DNA of 36,692 bases from the NCBI GenBank assembly GCA_000934665.2, contig JYFJ02003882.1:1-36692 (forward strand). Reading direction: 5' to 3'. Below the pieces are notes generated by a model. The model was not told where the DNA came from, ran no database searches, and saw only the letters and a program-made list of their open reading frames with translations. Position 1 is the stretch's first letter. Each line of letters starts with the position of its first letter. This DNA is from Catajapyx aquilonaris (Eukaryota). Shown here in pieces: positions 23,308 through 34,200 of the stretch. A program made the translations under genes and the position numbers.

Positions 23308-24125
23308 TAAAAAAAACACACCATATTATACTAGTGCTGACCTTCCCCACAGCATATTGTGCCCCGTGGCGAAAAACACCTTTTCAGACAACTGTCCTCC
23401 GGTCATGGTCACAAAAATCGACACATGTTCGGAGGTCCCTTTGGACCTAAAGTAAAGAGTCCATCGGCCTGAAAAGTGAGTGAATCTGGCGACAAGCGAG
23501 CGTCCATAGGGCACCCTGGGCTAAATCTCCCGTTAATCCCTCATTGACTGGGGGTGATGGGGGAAAGACCTCTCATTCTACCCCCCCTTCTCTAGGGGGG
23601 CAAAGCTTCAGGCGGGGGGGCCAAAAAGCATCCCCCCCCCCACATATGTTGTACCCTCAGCAGGAAAGCAAAAGCTGGGTTTCAAAAAAGCCTTGAATTT
23701 GTTCACCTGCGAATTCATTTCATGGCCCATCGCTTCCGATTTGCTTTATTTGGATAGTCTTTTTTACGGGTTTCAGCCAACCTTTTTTAAGGTGAGGGGC
23801 TAGTTGCAACAATAGGATACAATGTGTGGGGGGTACAAAATTACTTGGGGGAAAATTTTTAGAGTTGAACACAAAAGTTTGAACTTTATTAAACACAGTA
23901 CATACTGAGCTATGTCATTGTGCAACATTGTTCCCTGAATATTTTTTTTTGTAATAATTATTATTAAACAAAAATTGAGCAAATTATAGACAGGAACACA
24001 ACAGTGGAAATTGGGAGCAATATATTTCACATGTGTAATGTGGACTTATTCTGATTCAAATTTTTTTTGTACTGTAGCATGTGAATAAAATAATTTTGAA
24101 ATAAAAATAATCGTTTTAATGCAGA

Positions 24126-25224
24126 TTAGTAGTAATAATCCGGATGCCTGGGTTTTGCTGCCACATGCCTCGTCTTGTAAGACCTTGGTTTGTAGCTGCC
24201 ATCGTCGTAATCTTCGTAATCAAAGTAGGCCTTTTTTGCAGGCCTACTAATAGCCAGAGGCTCCTGCTGCCTGACAGTACCAGTACTATAATGGTAGTTG
24301 ACCTTCAGCCCAGTCGGATCTGAATCAAAATCAAGTCGTCGTTTTTGGTATATAAGAGAGAAGGGAAGGAGTCATTCAGGGTATTTTTTTTATAGAAGAA
24401 AATGTCTATAGCCTATATACCTGTGTAACCAAAGACACCCTCGACGACCCTGTCTGGCCTGGCATGGGAAATGTGTTGGATGCCATCCTGAGTCGAGTAC
24501 TGGAATTGGTAAGTGCCATCCAGGTGGCTACTCCTGGTGTCGTGAAGGATGGCAGGGTTGCGCTCGCGGTATGGGAACTGACCTCTGACCCCGACCAGGA
24601 GCAACAGGGAGGATAACAAAGGGAAGACCAACTTCATCTGACACCACCGCGGGAATGAAAAATTGAACATTGTGGATTAGGCGACAAACACGCTAATAAT
24701 TTCACAAAATGAGGTCACATTTAGAAAATTATAGATACATTTTGTCTCTATAATTTTCTAATGTCAGCAAGTTAATAAATAAAATAGATACACTTTGAAT
24801 CGCTATAGGCACCAATATAAAAGAAAATGGCATATCGGGCCAAGCAGTAAAATTTACCGTACACCGCTTTAATGCATGAAATAACCTTAAAGCAAACCGG
24901 AAGTTAGCACTAACAGTTACTATCATATTTTTCATGTAAAAAGAGGCGAAAGTGTGAATTTTCCTTGTTCACTACGGTTCTTCATAAATTACTTAACGCG
25001 TCAAGTGCATCAACACTAATTAACGAAAATATATAATTAGGCTCTAATTTTTTTGTGCAATACAGTTGCTGATGCAACCCGCAACAGTGGCTATCAATTC
25101 CTCATCTCCTGAAATATGCCTAATGAAAACCGTTATTAGAACCAGTCGGCATTGGCCCGATACACTTCCTCGCGACCCCAAAAACAGGAACAAGAAAAAA
25201 AAAACCCCCCTATAAACTCACCAT
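24126..25224 (-). CDS. Secreted cuticular protein with divergent Rebers-Riddiford (chitin_bind_4-like) domain
   Basis: Exons 24637-24421 and 24319-24126 (intron gtatat...ttcag). Probable exon 1 ends ATG|gtgagt at 25224-25222; otherwise the start is ATG 24637. Signal peptide MKLVFPLLSSLLLLVGVRG, then ...AILHDTRSSHLDGTYQFQYSTQDG...VVEGVFGYTDPTGLKVNYHYSTG...YDDGSYKP...PDYYY*, ~137 aa. Confidence 0.85.
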
Positions 25225-25299
25225 GCACTTTCTCCTGCCTGATTAGCGATGAGACCACAGAACTCAAAGAAAAAGGCGTCAAACCAGAGCAACAATGAT

Positions 25300-25337
25300 T
25301 GTGTGACCGAGGACGAGACAACTGCCTTCCTTTTATA
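25300..25337 (-). promoter_or_regulatory. TATA box and initiator-like site of the 24126-25224 cuticle gene
   Basis: Minus-strand TATAAAAG from 25337, with TCACAC about 31-33 nt downstream, ahead of ATG|gtgagt. Confidence 0.55.
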
Positions 25338-27067
25338 TCTCCCAAACCTCTCCCCCCATGTCCATCTCCAAAGAAGGGTCCTTGTACCACTGACACCTCT
25401 GGCAAAGGCGGCTGCTTCCTTGTGTCCCGTTCCGAGAACAACAACAAAAAACTCAAATCCACAAGCTATTAATTTACAATCGTCCAATCCCTACAACGTG
25501 ATCCTCATTGCTAATTACTTGGCATTGTTATACGTCGGCTCCAATTGCTTTGGATGCTGTGAAGGGATCAAGATCGTAAAAACAGGGCAACTGACATGAA
25601 TGCGTCATTAGGCTCGGGCTGATGAAGATACGAGACAACGGAGTCTCATGGTGTCTGGTACACTCGAAGAATGTGAGGGTGTGGCTTACAAGGCCGGTGA
25701 AAAGTATAGATAACGGTATTGCGCGTTGTTATTACGCCAATTTTCGATTAAAAGGGAAGTGATTTATGAACAAATGCAATTTATTTCGCGCTTAACTGAT
25801 CTGAGCTAAATGTGACAAGCGATTAATGAAATAAGTTATGTGTCAATTCAGGGTGATATTAAAGTGTCAGAATGTTAACCGACACAGAAATTCAATTAAT
25901 GAATTAAAGTTCACATTTTACAAATTCGGGCAATGTTATGAAAAAAGTGAGTCAATGTAAATCATAATTTTATGATAATTTGCTGAGATTCCTTTATATT
26001 AAGACCTTGGTAAAAAATTTTTGAGTTAAACATAGTGTCTAATCCTGTAATAGCATAATAATAGAGCGTGACAAAATTAATTACTTATCTCTAAAATATT
26101 TTTTTCAACTCTTCAAACCATTAAAAAAATCATTCTACATGTGACTATGTTTCTGAATTTCACGTGTGTAATTTAAAGGGTCATGAATTTGTGCTGAGCT
26201 GTTTTACACGAATTTGAACGCGTAGGACATCGCTTCTGAAGGATGGTATTTTGTCAACATATTTGATCGCTTTTGTTGCCAAGGAATCAGAGGGGTCGGC
26301 CTTGCTCCATTCCCTTGGGGCGGGAGGCCTCAACTCCAGATCTCTCTTTGTTATTGTCACGACCCAGCCTTCTCCTTTTTTGTACACGCGTATTAACACA
26401 TACCAAGCCCACCTTTAGAAACAGAAAAATGAATCTGTCAAACCCCATAAAGTTCACTGCCATCACTTCTTGATGGACATGGTGACAAATGGGGACACCT
26501 GAAGATTTATTGCGGATTTGTAATGATTCGTATATAGTGATGAATGAACGACAGAGTCACCTCAAGACAAACGGCTAATGTGACAAAGAGTCAAATTTCC
26601 GACTCACCTCGGAGGAACAGTAAGTTGTCCATACCGCCACGTACGGGGTCGTAACTCGCACAGTACGACAAGTACTTCCATGACCATGAGCTCTGCCTGT
26701 TTTCTTTGCATGTTTTATGAGCAACGCCCCGTAAAAAACTGGGTCACCTTCATAAAAAAAAGTGCAATATGACTTCTTCCTGCTGGTCATCGACTGTACA
26801 CGTGATGCTCCGTATACCACTCATTACATCACATTTTTGTCTCCCCCTGTTTCCGGCTCCGGATTTTACCAAGGGGTCACGCACCATCGGTTCTGACCAT
26901 CTGTTGATGACAACTTCCGGATGTTGTGCGGATTCCCACACTATGGACCACAGATGTTGAACAATTGTCCACCCCCACTTGATCATGTCCATCTATAGAC
27001 CAGGTAGTATTTTCATGGCCAAGTGTTGCCGTCTGGATCCCTCTTACCTTGAGCCCCCTTGGACAGG

Positions 27068-27104
27068 TATAAAACTGGATGGCCGATGCCCGCTTGATTC
27101 AATT
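27068..27104 (+). promoter_or_regulatory. TATA box and initiator of the 27138 cuticle gene
   Basis: TATAAAA at 27068-27074, TCAATT at 27099-27104, ATG at 27138. Confidence 0.7.
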
Positions 27105-27137
27105 CCCTTCCTGGTGCTGGTACTGGAAGCTACAGTC

Positions 27138-27838
27138 ATGTCGGTAAGTACAGTGCCACTTTTTTTGTACTAAGCAGGCCAGCTGATGCAACTCCATTGC
27201 AGATAGTCACATTGTTGTTGCTGGGCCTGTTGGGCTTGAGCAGTGCGCAGTATCGTCACAACGGCGATCCTCGGACAGCGGCTATTCTGTCCGAATCGCG
27301 GTTCTTGTCTGGAGATGGCAGCCATGGTGCGGCGTATGTGCAAGAAGACGGTGTTGAGTTCAAGGAAGAGGCGGACGCATACGGAAACCGACGAGGGCAA
27401 TACAGCTACGTGGACCCCTCGGGTCAGAAGATCACTCTTCAGTACACTGCCGGAGTGGACGGCTTCCAAGTGAGCGGTGACCATCTCCCTAAATCTCCTG
27501 CCCCACCGCCATCTGCCCACAGGCCCGCCCCTGCCCCTGCCCCATATCGACCTCAGCCCCAGCCCCAGCCCCAGAGCTTCCACGGAGGATCTCGCCCATA
27601 CGACGACGGCAGCTACAACCCAGACATTTACGAGAGGCAGTACAGCCAGCCCCAACACTACAGCCCTCGTCCCCAGCAGCCCCAACAATACAACCCACCG
27701 CCACAGCAACAATACAACCCTCCTCCTCAGCAGTACAACCCAATACCCTCAACCCCACCACCAAACAGATTCTTCCCTCCAGGGAAACTCTCATTGAGCA
27801 GGTCCGCTGATGGGTACCAGTACTCTTTCTCTTCCTAA
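27138..27838 (+). CDS. Cuticular protein, Rebers-Riddiford (RR-1-like) chitin-binding domain with P/Q/Y-rich tail
   Basis: Exon 1 27138-27143 (ATG TCG|gtaagt), exon 2 27203-27838; 213 aa. Signal peptide MSIVTLLLLGLLGLSSA; GQYSYVDPSGQKITLQYTAGVDGFQVSGDHLP; QQYNPPP repeats; AATAAA at 27860-27865. Confidence 0.93.
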
Positions 27839-28164
27839 ATCTGTACATAAATTCGATGTAATAAAACTGTTTGTCTTGTAATTGCATCTCATTATTGCGG
27901 TACTACCCCCAAAAGGTTCTGTGACAAGGAAAAGGGTCGAAGACATCTGTACCGAGGTTAACTTTTTTTTCAGATAAGAACTACCGGGATTGGTGACCTT
28001 CGACCAAAGTTCTTCCTCATTGTTCGATGACCTCCGCATGGGGCGTGGTATGGCATGTGCCCTTCGGAATCTCGGGTGATCCAGTTCACGAAAGGTCCTT
28101 CAAGGTGAACACCAAAGAGACGAAACATTAGGACAAAAAAATAAATGAACGAGTTTATTTCAGG

Positions 28165-29086
28165 TTAATCGTACAAATATGGCCCCGGTTGTCGCCCTTG
28201 TGCTGAACTGGCCCCGGTGTACTGCTCCTGACCGAATGAGCTGGGTTGTGTTTGTTCATACCCTTGTTGGGTGTTGAACAACCCTTCGATGTTGAAGTCT
28301 GGGAAGTCGAACCCACTTTCGTCGAAGAATCCTCCGTGTTCGGGAGGTCCGGCTCTGGGTGGGGCAGAACCGTGGGCAGGACCACGGGCAGGAGCCGGGG
28401 CAGGGGCAGGACCAACAGGGGCAGGGGCAGGCGGTCCTTTAGGTACGTGGTCTCCATCAACTTGGAACCCATGCTTTCCGGCAGAGTACTTCAACGTGGT
28501 GACCTTTCCGTCCGGATCAACGTAGCTGTACTGTCCGTAGATGGTACCGTCTGGTCCGACTGTCTCGTACCTGCTCTGTCCATCAGTCGTCTGGTAGTTC
28601 ACATGCTGAGACCTCACCAGGTAGCAGAAGCACAAGACTAGCACCGCACACTGGAAAGTGGTACACTGTTTATATGTACCAATTAATGAACCGACTTGGA
28701 GGTGATACACTGTGATCAACAAATACCGTCTACAAGAGTACTGACTTTGTAATCAACAGTACTGACTTGTAGTTCATATGTACTGACTTGAAAACAGTTC
28801 ATCATAATGATGTACCATTTTCAAGTCAGTACATACTCAGTACAGTCAGTACATACTCAGTACATACTCAGTACAGAGTCAGTACAGTCAGCACAGAATC
28901 AGTGCAGTCAGCACAGAATCAGTACAGAGTCAGTACATACTCAGTACATACTCAGTACAGAATCAGTACATACTCAGAGTCCAGAATCAGTACAGTCCGT
29001 ACATAGGCAGTAATGTTGATCACAAAATATACCACCAATTTTCAGATTGTTCACCCCAGCAACTATGGAGGGCTTACCTTATCCAT
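28165..29086 (-). CDS. Cuticular protein, Rebers-Riddiford (RR-1-like) domain with PAPAP segment
   Basis: Exon 1 29086-29078 (ATG GAT AAG|gtaagc), exon 2 28650-28165 (tttccag|); 164 aa. MDKCAVLVLCFCYLVRS signal; GQYSYVDPDGKVTTLKYSAGKHGFQVDGDHVP; minus-strand AATAAA at 28159-28154. Confidence 0.92.
28708..29027. mobile_element. Intronic MITE-like element with internal minisatellite (CAGTACATACT / CAGTACAGA(G/A)T units)
   Basis: TIR core TGTGATCAACA (28711-28721) / TGTTGATCACA (29014-29024). Left end TA-CACTG. Three GTACTGACTT motifs on the left face about 18 (T)CAG(T/C)ACA-type units at 28826-29003. Confidence 0.75.
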
Positions 29087-29130
29087 TTCGACTGTTTGAC
29101 TCTCAGGTAGCGAGTAAAAAAATTCATGGT

Positions 29131-29149
29131 CTTATATACCTTTTATATA
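29131..29149 (-). promoter_or_regulatory. Tandem TATA-like boxes of the 28165-29086 cuticle gene
   Basis: Minus strand reads TATATAAAAGGTATATAAG, 45-63 nt upstream of the ATG. Confidence 0.6.
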
Positions 29150-31210
29150 GGTAGTTAGCAAAGCAGAAAATTGTAGTCCCGTACAGGCCAATGCCTTACA
29201 CCGATGGGTACCGTACGTTTTACTTTCGTTGGGAGATCGCTGGAGCGTTCAGTTTTGTTTTTTTTCTTCTTAAGCACAATAGCTGATTACACAATCGGCG
29301 TAGATTTAATTAGAGGACGTAAAACACCCGCAATTATGTGAGCAGTTTTTCTAGATTTTCTCTAGAAATCGCGCTTCCAGACGGATTAGATATTGCGCAA
29401 ATTGCAGTGTTCGAGTATACTGTACAATGCCAAGGTCTTTGGGCACGTCTGCGGATATCTATTGCGGCTTCAGTTCTTCTTCACTTTCTAAGGAAATAAG
29501 TAGGAGAAAGTGAATTGAACTTCTTTGCATGAGTTACTCTTCGATCGGTGTATTTTTATCAAATTTAATTAGATAACAATGACTTAATCACACGACCTAT
29601 ACAGGTGAAATTTATGCGATTTGTAGCAATATGTGCTCAATGCCTACCAATTTTTCAATGTGTAAAAATATAAATTGCAAAAAATTAATTAGATAGCAAT
29701 TAATTATTATTAATGCGCCTTGTAGCAGTAAAACAGCTGGAAGCTCTGAAATCGTATAGATGCTAATTAAGTAAATAATTAATATAAACTGCTTAATATG
29801 TAAGCGTATGATCTGTAGTATACGTCTATTATTGCATATTTCTTACACATTGTTGTTGCTGCAATAAATTAAAGACAAATTGGACAAAATAATATACTGC
29901 ACAGTTTCTAGAGTACAGCAATCACATGTATAAATTAATAACAATATTTAATAAACTGTGTGTTTCAAAACCAGGTTAATTTTTTTATCGCGCTCCAATA
30001 AAATTCGCATAATCTGATGTGACCTGAAGCTCATCACATTTTTTTAAATCGCCACGCTCTGGCTGCTGTGGTCTCAAGGTTGTAATAATGAAGGTGCTTC
30101 ACGTGCTTGATATGCAAGCAGTGTGAGTGAAGCGAAAGTTTTTCGGCATTTCTTGGGCTAAACCTTTGTGCTGTGCACAGAAAGAAAGAGAAAAAATAAA
30201 GTTTCGCCTAAAATATGCTCATTTTTCTTCCATAACACTCATTACTGACACAAGAAATATTATTCAATGTGGACGTGACTATTGTAGACTTCCGCACTGT
30301 GAAAATGAAAATGGAACCTGCTCGCACGTATACAGGCAAAGTTTTTTTTTAAACTTTCGTTTTCAGGTTTCATGCACTTATTATCCGATATTCTACGGTC
30401 ATTAGTCAAGAATCTGTTAAAAATTGTATAAAGATAAACTTGCAGCTATACAATGTTGTGTGCACTGTCCACATCCACCGTTCATTCAAGAAGGGTGAAA
30501 TAATTATTCAAGTCATTCAATAGGGCCTTGCTCAGTGTTTGCGGTGAAAATGCTGCACCGATAATAAAAAGGCAATTTCGTGAGGTAAAGCAATTTATAG
30601 GAGGGTCATACGTACGAATAGTTCAATGTAAAGGTGGTCCTTTCCATTACTTTCTCAACTGCATGGTATTTTTTTTTTCCAAGGTGATATGTGTGGGCTG
30701 CTTGAAACAATAGGTTCAGTTTATGTCTATTATTAGCCCATTACTTATGATTCGGGGACAGGAATAAGACAGCGGTGTTGAATTATTTTTTAAAAAGAAG
30801 GTTTTAATTAATTCATTAAACTCATTAGCGATTCTTCATTCAAGTTCACACTAGAAGAGCGTAATTTTTTTTCCATCTGAATGATTTCAGCACAGTGCCA
30901 CTTGGCTTTGAACTCGGCTTGATCTCCTTCAGATGTCAACCAAGTAATGATCCGTATCCAGAATCATGGTTTGATAGTCAGAAGTAAAGGTTGTCAAGGT
31001 CTCGATTGATATCACAGCATTGTACTTACATCATACTTATGTCTAGTTATCAGAGAGAGAACAACATTAATTATAAAGATGATACAAAATGTTTATTTTC
31101 ATCTGAATATGAATACATCTTTTTCCGTATGTTTGAACAAGACTTCACATGAAGAAGCCAAATAAACAAAAAATGAAATAAAAATCAACCATGGAACTCG
31201 AGAGTCACTT

Positions 31211-34200
31211 TCAAATCTGTTTGTTGACTCCCTCAAATCTCTTCATTGGGGTGTGCCGCCTCAGGAAGTTAGCCACGGTAGCGTGCTGCTCATCATACAA
31301 CTCTTGGTAAGCCAAGTAATCCATGTCTTTCTCGTTAGGGTACAACACCACAGCCAGCGGATTAAACTCCTGAAAAATACAAAAGAAATTAGTAGGAGTC
31401 CTAGTCTATGAAAATTATTGTATAAAAGGCACACTCACCATTACTTTTGCAGCCAGGGTCATGCCAGGCTTCTGAAGGCATTCCTTGAGTCTGGCTACGA
31501 CTGCCTTCGCCTCTGACCCAGTCCGGGGCTCAAGTCCCATCAGCCTGGTGTGGATAGCTTGTGCTGGCAGTTGGCGCCACTTGTTAGGCAGGATCTTCAC
31601 ACTGTCGCCACGGAAAGTGAATATGACAAAACCAACACAATCATGGTTTTAAAAACTTGCAACATGAACACTTACTCCTTTCCAGAGACCCAATCTGAAT
31701 TCCCATAGTCCACATACTGGACATTCACCATAACATCTTCCTCACCACTCACTTGCAAAATGAGGCACCGATACCACCGCTCATCAAGGTCGTAGCGAGC
31801 GCAACATGGAAGAGCTGGTGACACAGCAGCAATGAGACACCTCACCTTTTTGCAGAACTTGCGGAGAACCAAAATACTTACACGCCATAGGTGCACTCAT
31901 CCTCGGCAGCTTCGGAGCTTCTTCCTGCAGCTGTGAGGTCAACGTCACAAATTCCAATGACTGAGCCCGCATCTGAAAATATAAAAATCACATAAGCAAT
32001 GCACATAAAAGCAACAATTTATTTCTCAAAATTAGGAAAAACCAACCTGATGCTGAAAATCTGATGCATTTTCATCCGAGCTGCCAACCACTCCAAAGAA
32101 GACCTCACAGTGTGATGCCACATGGGTCACGGTTACAGTGAACACTCTTTCACTCTCAGGAATATTTGGGGACAGAAAATCCGTGTAAATCTGATCCTAC
32201 GGTAAACCAAAAATTAAACGAAGCCAAATAAGTAAACGAAACAAAAAAGTGAAACGTATGGCGTGAAAATAGAAAAATTAATAATAGAAAAATAAAAGTG
32301 TTGGCAATTATTCAATCAGCCGTTGAAGGATTTCAATAGCAACTGACATCATCATCTTCCTCTGGGAGCTCAATTTCTTCCTTCACGTTGTCAACCTCCC
32401 CTGGCATGTAAAACTCATTCCACTGAAGTGTTGGCTTGGCAACATTCATGCTCATCAGCATTTGTGCCAGATTCATTCCGCCATATCTCAGCAAGATCAC
32501 CTGGTAACCAAAGAGGTGAAACAGAAATTAAGACATGGGACTACCACCGTTATAAAAGACAAAAGGCGGCACACACGCACCTTCAGCGGACCCTCTGACG
32601 GAACTTCATGAATTATCACAGTAGCAGGCTTGTCCACAATCATCTCATGAATAACTTCAATCACTTTTGTAGGCCACTGCCCACTCTTCATGTTCTGAAA
32701 GTTGTAATAGAATGTAAGCGGGAGACCATTTGATTACGAAGCGGTTGTGTTGTACTCACAGGTTCAATGCCAACAAGTTCACATTCCCAACACTGCTCCG
32801 GTATGTCAGTGAAATACAGCTTCCTCCTCAGATCCCTCCTGTTGACAACCTCTTCGTTTCCGTAGTCCACAAACCGTATGTCCACAACATCATTTGGGCT
32901 GATCTGCTCAAATAAAAATGTGCAATGAGTGGTAAATGACACCTATGTACCTACTGAGATTAAAAGAAAAACAACCGCAGCATGTAAGAATTATTCAGCA
33001 AAGAATTTATAAAATCACCTTAACAACCACAGCTCGATACCACTTATTTGTGTGGTGGTACTTGGCAATGCATGGATCCCCAACGTCCAAAGTCTTGTCC
33101 TCTTTCCTATACGGAGTGCTCTTAAATGCTTCGTGCAGATCGTCATTCATCTTTTGGACCTGAGCCTCGCTTTCTGCAATGAGTATAACAATTGTAAGTA
33201 CCACCAGCCTTTAACTGACAACTGAAATGGTTCGCCAATGGACCCCAAACTTACTTTCTATATCCTGCACGTAAATGTGAGCCTTATCATCTATGTAGGT
33301 CACAATAACGTTAAGCCTGGTCTCAGTAGGAGGACTAGCCTTCTTCCAAGCCTTAATCCTATCATCAGAAGGGGACAGGGCAGCCGCAGTTGGCAAAGCT
33401 GCAGGTGATGCTGTGCGAACATCTACGGCTACAGCTGATTCAGCTTCAACGGACGCTGCACCTCCATCAGAGCGGTCCATGGCAGCAGCAAGCCCAGATT
33501 CAATGATATCCTTGATGCACGCAGTGTCACTTGATTCTGCAGACTGTAAGGCAACATGTTTTAAAAGCACGCTATTACCAAACTTGGGAATATGGTAGAT
33601 CGCTTCACACTAATTACAAATGTGCCTCTTTTTAAAGCAACACATTGCAACACTTCAACAATTTCGATTGAGTATATAAGCTTCGGAGAAAGTCATACGC
33701 ACCCCTCCCACATGTCAAGAGAATTGTGCCCAGTGAAAATGAGTCCTACGCAACATTACGATTACACAAGGGACATTAGTACCTGAAATTCAGTGCTTCC
33801 AGACCCTGAAGATATGTGAATGTCCTCTGAAGCAGTGCTGAATGTTTCTGCTGATGCCTTAGTTCCGGTAGGTGAAGTATGCTGCTGCCTCACTTTCCTG
33901 GAAATATTATAATGCTCATTAATTTGCTATACACAGCCATGTAGAATCCTACATGATGCCACCTATACTTCCACCACCATTCAACAATAAGTAGCTTCCA
34001 AGCAAAGGTGCAAACAAGTTGTGGTGGGAACAGGCAAAAGTGCAGTGCATATGCTGTTCTCAAGCCCCAAGCTAGATATTGCTGCATTCATTACATCTAC
34101 TGTAACTACCAGGATTCTAATTTCGGTGGCGGTAGCGGACAAAATGTGGGAAAGAAGGACCCAGCTACAAAACGGACAAGGGAAAACTGGACGGACACAC

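Noticed and set aside
27170..28641. Antisense and alternative-frame ORFs over the cuticle genes
   Set aside because: Shadows of GC-rich Pro/Gln codons, with no independent signals.
28826..29003. Repeat array as CRISPR, or its ORFs (28788-29013) as proteins
   Set aside because: Contiguous 8-11 nt units with no unique spacers, no cas genes, and it sits in a eukaryotic intron; the ORFs are repeat artefacts.
31010..31033. TATCACAGC as a miR-2/13 family gene, or as a K box in the Tudor 3' UTR
   Set aside because: Only the seed matches and no good hairpin forms; as a K box it lies beyond the first AATAAA (31097-31092).
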